NCBI GenBank assembly: GCA_947170005.1
Contig: CAMVRX010000001.1
Coordinates: forward strand, 1-47,063
Direction: 5' to 3'
DNA from: an uncultured Elusimicrobium sp.
GTDB taxonomy: Bacteria > Elusimicrobiota > Elusimicrobia > Elusimicrobiales > Elusimicrobiaceae
Length of the DNA: 47,063 nucleotides
Shown: positions 39,437-47,063 of the stretch, in pieces
How the letters are laid out: each line of letters opens with the position of its first letter
How positions within the stretch are numbered: the stretch's first letter is position 1
Notes under the pieces: model-generated
Told to the model about the DNA's origin: nothing
Databases searched by the model: none
The model's input: the letters and a program-made list of their open reading frames with translations, nothing else
Position numbers and translations under genes: made by a program

Positions 39437-40477
39437 ATGACCATTTTAGAATTCAAATCCGCGTGCGAAACCATCGCACAAGAATACAAAACCAAAATCA
39501 ATGCCGCACAATCCGCCGCCGAGGTGGAGGAGCTTCGTGTGGCTGCCCTGGGGCGCAAAGGCGCTCTTACCGACCTGTTAAAAGGCCTTAAAGACTTTTC
39601 TATAGAAGACAAAAAACAAGCCGGCCCTTTGGGCAACGCCCTCAAGGCCGAGCTGACCGCCGCATTGGACGAAAAAGCCGCTTTTTTTGCTGCCAAAGAA
39701 ATCAACGACGAGCTCAACAAAACCAATATTGATTTAACACTGCCCGGTTACCCCGTAGCTTGCGGGCACAAACACCCCTTGTCTGTAGCGCAAGACCGCA
39801 TGACCACCATTTTGGCGCGCCTGGGTTTTGAATGGGCCGAAGGGCCGTGGGTGGAAGATGAAAAACACAATTTTGATTTGTTAAACGTGCCGCTGCACCA
39901 CCCGGCACGCGATGCGCAAGATACCTTTTTTGTAGATACCAAGGCGCCGCTGGTGCTCCGCTCGCACACGTCTAACGTGCAAAGCCGGTATATGGAAAAA
40001 CACAAACCGCCGCTGCGCATTATGGCACCGGGGCGCGTGTTTCGCAACGACAGTTTGGACGCTACCCACAGCCCGGTGTTCCACCAAATTGAAGGGCTGT
40101 ATGTGGATAAAAATGTCTCCCTGGCCGACCTCAAGAGCGACCTTACGGCCTTTATGAAAGGCCTGTTTGGCGACAAAGCGGAAATCCGCTTCCGCCCGTC
40201 GTTCTTTCCGTTTACGGAGCCCAGTGTAGAGGTGGACGTCAAGTGTGTCTTCTGCCAAGGCAAGGGTTGCAACGTGTGCAAACAAAACGGTTGGATTGAA
40301 ATGCTCGGTGCGGGGGTGGTTCATCCCAACGTTCTAAAAAACTGCGGCATCGACCCGAGTGAGTTTAGCGGCTACGCCTTTGGTATGGGCGTGGAACGCC
40401 TGGCCATGATGATGCTTAACATTAAAGACATCCGCGCGTTTTACGAGAACGATGTGCGCTTACTTAGACAATTTTAG
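39437..40477 (+). CDS. pheS: Phenylalanine-tRNA ligase alpha subunit
   Basis: HPARDAQDTF, GRVFRND..DATHSP.FHQ.EG, FPFTEPS, AFGMGVERL; start re-assigned to MTILEF. Confidence 0.98.
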   Translation: MTILEFKSACETIAQEYKTKINAAQSAAEVEELRVAALGRKGALTDLLKGLKDFSIEDKKQAGPLGNALKAELTAALDEKAAFFAAKEINDELNKTNIDLTLPGYPVACGHKHPLSVAQDRMTTILARLGFEWAEGPWVEDEKHNFDLLNVPLHHPARDAQDTFFVDTKAPLVLRSHTSNVQSRYMEKHKPPLRIMAPGRVFRNDSLDATHSPVFHQIEGLYVDKNVSLADLKSDLTAFMKGLFGDKAEIRFRPSFFPFTEPSVEVDVKCVFCQGKGCNVCKQNGWIEMLGAGVVHPNVLKNCGIDPSEFSGYAFGMGVERLAMMMLNIKDIRAFYENDVRLLRQF

Positions 40478-40485
40478 GAGCCGGT

Positions 40486-42867
40486 ATGAAAATTCTATAT
40501 TCTTGGTTAAAAGATTTTATTGACGTAGACTTAACGCCCGAAGAACTGGCTAAAAAACTCACGGACCTGGGCATTGAGGTAGCCAGCATGCAAACCACCG
40601 GGGCCGATTTTGAAGGCGTGCACGTGGCCCAAATTATTAAAATTGAGGATCACCCCAATTCGGACCATTTGCATTTAGTTACCCTGGATAAAGGCAGCGG
40701 CGTCACGCAGCGCGTGGTGTGCGGCGCGCCCAATGTGGCCGTCGGCCAAAAAGTGCCGCTGGCCAAAGTAGGCGCGCGGCTGGGTAAAATTGTGCTCAAG
40801 CCGGCCGTCATCCGCGGGGTAGAATCCGAAGGGATGATTTGCTCGTCCGACGAGTTGGGCCTTACCCATACCCGGGCACACGGCATTTTGGTATTGGATG
40901 AAAACTTGCCGCTGGGAACGGATGTTTCCACCCTTTACGGCAAAGCCGACACGATTTTTGAACTGGAAATTACCTCCAACCGTCCGGACTTGCTTTCGCA
41001 CTTAGGGGTCGCGCGCGAGCTGGGTGTTTTGTTAAACAAGCCCGTTAAGCTCCCGCAAATTAAAGATATCCCCGGCCAAGGCCTGGCACTTCCCGTGGAA
41101 ATCCAAAACCAGGAAGGCTGTGGGCGCTACATCGGGCGCATTATTCGCGGCGTGAAGAATGTGCAGTCCCCCGAATGGATGAAAGAACGTTTGGCGGCCA
41201 TGGGCCTCAACCCCAAAAATGCACTGGTGGACGTAACCAACTATGTAATGTTTGAGCTGGGCAATCCGCTCCACGCGTTTGACTTGCGCGAAGTGGAAGG
41301 CGGTAAAGTGGTGGTGCGCAATGCCCAACCTGGCGAAAAATTTACTGTACTGGGCGGGCGCGAACTGGAACTTACCGAAAACTGCTTGCTCATTGCCGAT
41401 GGCAAAAAAGCCACGGCACTGGCCGGCATTATGGGCGGCGCGAATAGCGGCATCCAGGATGACACGCAAGATATTTTTATTGAGGCCGCTTATTTCAACC
41501 CGCCTACCATTAACAAAACCGTCAAAAAATTTGCTATTTCGTCCGACTCTTCGCAACGCTTTGAACGCGGCAGCGATATTGAGGGCGCACTGCTGGCCAT
41601 GCGCCGCGCGAGTGACTTGTTTGTGCAAATTTGCGGCGGCACGGCAAGCGAAATAAACGACGTTTACCCGCAAAAGTTTGAAAACAAAATTGTGGAGTTT
41701 ACGCCCGGCGAAATTAACGCCATTTTGGGCGCAAACATTCCTGAAGATAAGCTCAAAGATATTTTTGCCCGCTTGGCCGCTAAGTTTGACGGCAGCGGCC
41801 CGGTGTGGAAATTCCAAGCCCCCACGCACCGGCGTGATCTCAACCACAAGTGGGACCTGGCCGAAGAAGCGGCCCGCTTTGCCGGGTATGATAATATCCC
41901 CGTTTCGGCCACGCGCGCGCACGTGGTGTTTGCCGATAACCCTAAGGGCATTGACCTGGGCAAAATGTACGCAAGTGCCCTTATCGGTGCCGGGTTTTGC
42001 GAGTGCAAAAACATTGACTTTATTGGCGAGAAAGAACTAAAACTGTTTGGCGCGGATGAGCGCTTTTGCATCCGCGTGAAAAACGCACTTGCGCAAGGGT
42101 GGGATTATTTGCGCCCGACGCTACTGCCCTCACTTATCAAAAATGTGGAGAGCAATTTGCGCTTTGGAAGCAGTGATTTAAAACTGTTTGAAACCAGCAA
42201 AACTTTCCAAAATATCAAAGGCTTCCCGGTGGAAAATTACACCGTGGCCGGCGTGTTGACCGGAAATGTGGAAGAAAACAAATTCTTTGCCACGCCTTCG
42301 CGCCCGGTGGATTTTTACTGGCTCAAAGGCTTGATGCAAACGGTGCTTTGTAAGGCGGACGTGACGTTCGCTCCGTCTAAAACTGCGCCTGTGTATATGC
42401 ACCCTAAAATCAGTATGGATATTTTGCAAGGCGGCAAAGTCATCGGCGTGTTTGGCAAACTTCACCCGCTTACCTTAAAAGCGTTGGGCGTAAAAACCAG
42501 CGAAGTGTGGGCGTTTGAATGGGCCACCAAGCAGATTGAAAAAAATTATTCCGCGCGCGACTTTAAACCCGCAGCCGACGTGGCTGTGTTCCCGCCGTCT
42601 CTGCGCGACTTGTCGGTGGTACTAAATGCTGATGTAACCTACGCGCAAATTACCAGCGCGCTGGATAAAACACCGTTGGACGTGGAACTGGCTTATCACT
42701 TAATCGACGTGTACCAGGGCGAGCGTTTACCGCAAGGCAAAAAGAGCGTTACGTTTAGCTTGGCTTTTAGCAAAAAAGACGGCACGCTCAAAGATAAAGA
42801 AATTGACACGGCCTTTGCCCGCATTGTGGAACAGCTAAAAACCCAGGTAGGCGCGGAGCTGCGCTAA
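40486..42867 (+). CDS. pheT: Phenylalanine-tRNA ligase beta subunit
   Basis: VVCGAPNV, IRGVESEGMICS, NRPDLLS, RFERG, FDX-ACB tail. Confidence 0.98.
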   Translation: MKILYSWLKDFIDVDLTPEELAKKLTDLGIEVASMQTTGADFEGVHVAQIIKIEDHPNSDHLHLVTLDKGSGVTQRVVCGAPNVAVGQKVPLAKVGARLGKIVLKPAVIRGVESEGMICSSDELGLTHTRAHGILVLDENLPLGTDVSTLYGKADTIFELEITSNRPDLLSHLGVARELGVLLNKPVKLPQIKDIPGQGLALPVEIQNQEGCGRYIGRIIRGVKNVQSPEWMKERLAAMGLNPKNALVDVTNYVMFELGNPLHAFDLREVEGGKVVVRNAQPGEKFTVLGGRELELTENCLLIADGKKATALAGIMGGANSGIQDDTQDIFIEAAYFNPPTINKTVKKFAISSDSSQRFERGSDIEGALLAMRRASDLFVQICGGTASEINDVYPQKFENKIVEFTPGEINAILGANIPEDKLKDIFARLAAKFDGSGPVWKFQAPTHRRDLNHKWDLAEEAARFAGYDNIPVSATRAHVVFADNPKGIDLGKMYASALIGAGFCECKNIDFIGEKELKLFGADERFCIRVKNALAQGWDYLRPTLLPSLIKNVESNLRFGSSDLKLFETSKTFQNIKGFPVENYTVAGVLTGNVEENKFFATPSRPVDFYWLKGLMQTVLCKADVTFAPSKTAPVYMHPKISMDILQGGKVIGVFGKLHPLTLKALGVKTSEVWAFEWATKQIEKNYSARDFKPAADVAVFPPSLRDLSVVLNADVTYAQITSALDKTPLDVELAYHLIDVYQGERLPQGKKSVTFSLAFSKKDGTLKDKEIDTAFARIVEQLKTQVGAELR

Positions 42868-43127
42868 TGCAAGAAAAACTAAAACAGCTGGAACTTTTAA
42901 TCACGCAAACACTCGCCCGCCAAAAAGAACTGGCGGGGGAGAATGCCACGCTCAAAAACCGCCTGCGCAACTTGGAACAAGGCAACCTGGAGCTTAAAAA
43001 CCTGCAAGCCCAACTGCGCGAGCTTAAAGAGTGGAAAAAGAACACGCAAGCCGTTTTGCGCCGCCTGGCTGCCCGCGTAGATAAAGAGCTGGAAAAAGTA
43101 AAAGAAGAACAAGACAAAATTGTGTAA
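42867..43127 (+). CDS. Short coiled-coil protein (ZapB-like)
   Basis: Heptad-rich 86 aa, translationally coupled to pheT. Confidence 0.65.
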   Translation: MQEKLKQLELLITQTLARQKELAGENATLKNRLRNLEQGNLELKNLQAQLRELKEWKKNTQAVLRRLAARVDKELEKVKEEQDKIV

Positions 43128-43148
43128 ATTTTGTTGCCGTCCCATTAT

Positions 43149-43181
43149 AAACAAGCCCTTGCATTTTGCAAGGGCTTGTTT
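43149..43181. terminator. Bidirectional terminator
   Basis: aaacaagcccttgca-ttt-tgcaagggcttgttt. Confidence 0.85.
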
Positions 43182-43186
43182 GCTAT

Positions 43187-43669
43187 TTAACAACAGGCAC
43201 AAGGGCTGCTTCCTTTTGCATCCTCTTCGGGGAGCCCCAATAATTGGGCATAATCAAAGGAAGTTTCATCACCGAGACATGAATCGTTTTGTTTTATCCA
43301 AATTTCTCCGTTATTCATATAACATAAACATACGTCTTCTTTTTTGTACACAGCATAGGCGGAAACATTGGGCATAATCCCCTGTGCACTTGGATAATAA
43401 AAGAAATTATCCGTTTCTATGAGATTTCCAAGGTCGGTTCCCGCTTCTATATCCAATTCGCTAAAATCACATAGACTTCCCTTGTTTAGTTGACATACTT
43501 GGTCCGCGGTTCCTATTGCTTGCAATTTTGTCAAAGCCTCTACAAACCTACTTTTAACTACCGCTTTTTGGTATTGCGGCACGGCTACTGCTGCCAAAAT
43601 ACCGATAATCAGCACTACTACCAACAGTTCAATGAGCGTAAAACCCCGCCGGGTGTTTGTTTTTTTCAT
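43187..43669 (-). CDS. Type IV pilin-like protein 7 (CxCC C-terminus)
   Basis: RRG|FTLIELL; ends CACC. Confidence 0.93.
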   Translation of the reverse strand: MKKTNTRRGFTLIELLVVVLIIGILAAVAVPQYQKAVVKSRFVEALTKLQAIGTADQVCQLNKGSLCDFSELDIEAGTDLGNLIETDNFFYYPSAQGIMPNVSAYAVYKKEDVCLCYMNNGEIWIKQNDSCLGDETSFDYAQLLGLPEEDAKGSSPCACC

Positions 43670-43703
43670 TTTATGTTTCCTTATTTATTTGCCGAGCCCA
43701 AAC

Positions 43704-43922
43704 AAAAACGGCCACTTCGCTTGAGCTAATGCAAGTAACCCAATACAAAACAGCCGTGGAATATCATCTATATAGACGATAAACACTCGACACAAAACCC
43801 CTGGGTTATAAGGCCATTGGTTTTGTGTCTTAAACAGCCGTTTTTGGACTTGCATTATGCTTTTATTACTAAAAGCTCTTTGTGCCCCTTAGGCACAATT
43901 CCAAAAACAGAATCAAATTGTA
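43704..43922 (-). ncRNA. Pilin leader attenuator-like RNA, copy E7
   Basis: tacaatttgattctgtttttgga; P1 taatgcaagt/acttgcatta; close relative of E2. Confidence 0.75.
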
Positions 43923-44004
43923 TCGTGCGCGTAAACGCGGGTGTGCGGACACCTCCTCACTAAGTCTAAGGGTATTATATCATTTATTAGGGGCTTTCCA
44001 AATA

Positions 44005-44013
44005 TGCTATAAT
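44005..44013 (+). promoter_or_regulatory. Extended -10 promoter for tRNA-Val
   Basis: TGCTATAAT, divergent from the pilin 7 promoter (TGATATAAT on the minus strand). Confidence 0.6.
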
Positions 44014-44118
44014 ACTTAGGTAGCGTGTAAGTTGTACGCCCGGTTGGCGCAGCGCTTGTAAGATAAAGTTCGTTCCCGCTAAGGGAACGCGCCAACAAAA
44101 CAATTTAAGTTGTTTTAA

Positions 44119-44190
44119 GCCCAGTTGGCGCAGCGGTAGCGCGTTCCCTTGACATGGGAAAGGTCACAGGTTCAATCCCTGTACTGGGCA
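44119..44190 (+). tRNA. tRNA-Val (GAC), CCA not encoded
   Basis: gcccagt...ttccc-ttGACat-gggaa...ggttcaatcc...actgggc-a cloverleaf. Confidence 0.93.
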
Positions 44191-44192
44191 AA

Positions 44193-44225
44193 TTTAAAGA
44201 ACCACCCGAAGGGGTGGTTTTTAAA
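44193..44225 (+). terminator. Terminator after tRNA-Val
   Basis: tttaaagaaccacc-cgaag-gggtggtttttaaa. Confidence 0.75.
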
Positions 44226-44260
44226 TTTATCCAGTAGCACACCAACTGCTTGGTGTGCGG

Positions 44261-44503
44261 CAGGGATTGAAAGCCGGAGCCTTATCCGAGTTTGAACGGA
44301 GTGAAAGGCGAGGATGGCGAGGCGGGGCCGCGAGCGCCGCACGTCAGTAAGGCGACTTGTGGCCAAATCCCTTCTCCAAAATTGAGTGCAATTTCGGGAT
44401 TTGAAGGGCGGAGCGATGTTTTTGTTTGCGAAGCAAGGCAAAAACCGCGAGCCCGGGCCTTGGAGCATTTTCCGTCAAGAAAATGACGGAAAGGCAAATC
44501 CCT
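44261..44503. repeat. Two ~110-bp GC-rich units bracketed by gggat(t)tgaa...caaatccct (tRNA T-arm-like inverted ends)
   Basis: Unit 1 is 44261..44372 and unit 2 is 44395..44503; cagggattgaa is the reverse complement of the tRNA-Val ttcaatccctg. Confidence 0.6.
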
Positions 44504-44517
44504 TTTTCCTATAAAAA

Positions 44518-45084
44518 CTACCTAACTTTATATCTTTTTAAAGAAGAATCATAATATGTCAATTGACCACCAAGATCTTCACAAATTTCTTGGCTTATTT
44601 TTCTATCGGAACCAGCAAAACACCAAATTTCACCTGCTTTCATTTTTCCCACGCCTGATATAGTCGTATCTTTAAAAAAATGTAAATATGCAATTCTTTT
44701 CCCTCCAGATGGTTGATATTGTACATTAGAAAATGAATCACGAAGGCCAATTTGACCAAAATCACATTGATAATATGCCTCAATATAATTTTTTATTTTC
44801 TTACATGAATAATTTATTGGAGCTGTTATTTCTAATTCATCAATATCAGTTGCAAAAGTTCCATGCATGAGAAAATAAGACTGTTGCGCCTGAAATAAAC
44901 TTTCCACTAATAGCATACCTTTTTTCAACTGTACCTTTAAAATTGCTTTATTATAATGGGGCAAAGCAACTGCGGCCAATATACCAATAATCAAAACTAC
45001 TACCAGCAGTTCAAGCAAAGTAAAACCTAACTTGAGATTTTTATTTTTTTGTTCATTTTGGTTTATTTGTTTTTTGCTTTTCAT
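44518..45084 (-). CDS. Type IV pilin-like protein 8 (AT-rich, divergent leader peptide)
   Basis: KLG|[24 protein letters not shown]; AAGGAG SD. Confidence 0.9.
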   Translation of the reverse strand: MKSKKQINQNEQKNKNLKLGFTLLELLVVVLIIGILAAVALPHYNKAILKVQLKKGMLLVESLFQAQQSYFLMHGTFATDIDELEITAPINYSCKKIKNYIEAYYQCDFGQIGLRDSFSNVQYQPSGGKRIAYLHFFKDTTISGVGKMKAGEIWCFAGSDRKISQEICEDLGGQLTYYDSSLKRYKVR

Positions 45085-45123
45085 ATCTTCTCCTTTGCTT
45101 TTTATTTTCAAAAATCGCCAAAT

Positions 45124-45290
45124 AAAAAGGCGATCTCATTTTAAGGATATTCGAACGCTTAAAACAAAATCGCCTTCATATCTGAAAGATATGAAAAACG
45201 ACTTCATTTTTAGCTCGAATATCGACTAACAAAAGTTAGTCCGTGCCGCTCTAAACGGCCCTAAAAATCAAGTCCATCAAAAATTTTGTA
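45124..45290 (-). ncRNA. Divergent pilin leader attenuator-like RNA, copy E8
   Basis: A:B gacttgatttttag/ctaaaaatgaagtc; P1 gatattcgagc/gttcgaatatc; terminator ggcgattttgttttaag...cttaaaatgagatcgcc-ttttt. Confidence 0.65.
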
Positions 45291-45327
45291 CTTCTCTACT
45301 GCTAAATAAATTATAACAAAAAAATAT

Positions 45328-47063
45328 TTATCTCTTTTCGTTTGAATTTATATCTTCCGCTTTCAAAATTGTTTCTTCCAAATTTTTACGGCGGCTTTCC
45401 ATCTGTAAAGGAATATTTTTTTGCGCCCATTTCGGGTTTTCAAAATACAAAACACCTTCGGCAATAGTTGAGGCAAGCAAATCAATAAAACGCTGGCGTT
45501 TTAAAAGTTCTTCCTGCCAAGGTACCATCATGTATAAACTTTCAATAAGCAAAGCAGGCACTTGCGGCATACCGCGCACGACGGCAAAATCTGCCTGATA
45601 ATAACCATTATCCGGAAGGCCGATATTCTTTGAAAAACTTTTTTCCATCGCTTTTGCAAGCGGAATTCCTTGCTGATAATAATAGTAAAAAGAAAACCCA
45701 AGTTCACGTTTCAGAGGATTAATATAATCAGGCAAAGCATTTAAATGTAAACTTAAAAACAAATCCGGGTTCAATAAACCGGCACGGTAAGTTCTGTCAC
45801 TTAAACCTAATGTTTCCTTTTTATCTTTAGTAATAAAAACCAAAGCACCGTATTTTTCAAGTTCCTTCTTTACGGCAAGTGCTATTTTATAATTCATTTC
45901 ATATTCAAGCAAACCGCTGGGACCAACGGCACCATCATAAGGAACTGTCCTTTTTGGGGAGTGTCCAGGATCTAAAACAACACGTAGTTTTTTAAGAGGA
46001 AGTTTTGAAGTAAATTCAAAATCACGGGAAGTAAAAAGTTCAAAAATTAAATTATTTTCTTCGTATTTATAATTAAACCCGCGTAAACGTTTACCATTTT
46101 GAAAACGTGCCGTAATTTTTTTTGTGCTAGGTGATAAAACTTCATAATCAAGCCCGTTAATAAGTTTGGTTTTTGCATCTTTATTAAAGGTATTTATCGC
46201 CTGAGTATTATATAAAATGATACTAAAAGACTGGTCTGTTTGATCGGTAGAAAAACTAACACGCTCAGTATTTTTAATAGTTATGGTGGTTTTATTATCT
46301 TGTTCTTTTGTATCAACTTGCCAAATGATATTCCGGGGTAAAGAAACTTTTTTTGTCGTGTCTAATAAGGTTTGATCTAAATAACCTATTTTATTTTCAT
46401 CCAAAATAACTTTATAAAAACCCTCAATTTTACCTTCTGTCAAAACTGCATTAAAAATACGTGTTTGATAATCATAGCCGCCACCTTTATTAGACTGCAA
46501 ACGCAAACGCAAATTTTGACCGCGTACTTTTGCCGGTTTTATAATTTCATTTTCAGGTAAGATTTTGATTTTACCTTCGGCAGAAATTTTATCTTTGTAT
46601 TTCCCGCCGTAAGTGTAAATTTTATAAACAGGTTTTTTAGCGTTTTTTAAAATTTTATCGGCCCCTAAAATTATAGTTTTTTTATAAATGGTCGGGTTTA
46701 AAACCTCTTCCTCAAGTTCCATTTCATTAAAAAGAGGCGGCAAAGAAACCGTGACTTTATGATAGGGGCTTGCTTCCACTTTAAAAGTAATTTCAGAAGT
46801 ATTTGAGAGTTCACTATCGCCTTTAGGAAAAGCAGTACCTTCAAGCAAATGAGGTGTTTTAAAATAAGCATCTTTATCAATGCCTTGCACTTCTACATTA
46901 CGCACTGCCTGATAGGTTTTCTCACCGCCCGAATACTCAAGAACAAGTTCGTTTTTGCCCGGTTTAACCGGAACATAACCCAAATAAGCGCCCGTTGCAT
47001 ATAAATCAATTTTTTGGCCGTTTATCGTCAAAAGACCGGGACCTAAAGCCTTACCGAAAATAA
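45328..47063 (-). CDS. N-acetylmuramoyl-L-alanine amidase (Amidase_3 C-terminal domain); 5' end outside the window
   Basis: VVLDPGH, LEYEMN, FLSLHLNA, PALLIE; the frame stays open to the window edge. Confidence 0.88.
   Translation of the reverse strand, partial: IFGKALGPGLLTINGQKIDLYATGAYLGYVPVKPGKNELVLEYSGGEKTYQAVRNVEVQGIDKDAYFKTPHLLEGTAFPKGDSELSNTSEITFKVEASPYHKVTVSLPPLFNEMELEEEVLNPTIYKKTIILGADKILKNAKKPVYKIYTYGGKYKDKISAEGKIKILPENEIIKPAKVRGQNLRLRLQSNKGGGYDYQTRIFNAVLTEGKIEGFYKVILDENKIGYLDQTLLDTTKKVSLPRNIIWQVDTKEQDNKTTITIKNTERVSFSTDQTDQSFSIILYNTQAINTFNKDAKTKLINGLDYEVLSPSTKKITARFQNGKRLRGFNYKYEENNLIFELFTSRDFEFTSKLPLKKLRVVLDPGHSPKRTVPYDGAVGPSGLLEYEMNYKIALAVKKELEKYGALVFITKDKKETLGLSDRTYRAGLLNPDLFLSLHLNALPDYINPLKRELGFSFYYYYQQGIPLAKAMEKSFSKNIGLPDNGYYQADFAVVRGMPQVPALLIESLYMMVPWQEELLKRQRFIDLLASTIAEGVLYFENPKWAQKNIPLQMESRRKNLEETILKAEDINSNEKR

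Noticed and set aside
44172-44497. ORFs downstream of tRNA-Val
   Set aside because: They coincide with GC-rich structured repeats and show no protein features
2459-45084. Diversity-generating retroelement or integron as the source of pilin diversity
   Set aside because: No reverse transcriptase, TR/VR pair, integrase or attC array in the window

Overview
A 47-kb bacterial chromosome segment, by inference from an Elusimicrobiaceae/Elusimicrobiota-like genome, given its many dispersed PilE-like genes. The backbone is housekeeping: secA-lnt-prfB-hemW-cofE-like-mscL; an hpf-hprK-rapZ-mannose-class PTS-ptsH-ptsI-lepA-folD run on the minus strand; smc; dGTPase; coaD; zapA-rarA-xseAB-tlyA; pheST; tRNA-Gly(GCC) and tRNA-Val(GAC). 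Eight solitary type IV pilin-like genes are interleaved between these genes. The main finding is that each pilin is preceded by a 170-220 nt leader with the same RNA architecture. Its stem sequences differ between copies but pairing is kept (covariation), giving mutually exclusive A:B, B:C and C:D helices that end in a U-tailed terminator. This resembles a riboswitch or attenuator family that I do not recognise. Seven pilins also share an invariant 19-bp site at the prepilin cleavage codons, and leader types do not match head types. The pheST-zapB block appears inverted between two pilin loci, suggesting recombinational shuffling. The window ends in an AT-rich segment after tRNA-Val that carries a diverged copy of the same leader. 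All folds were read by eye; no folding or database searches were run.
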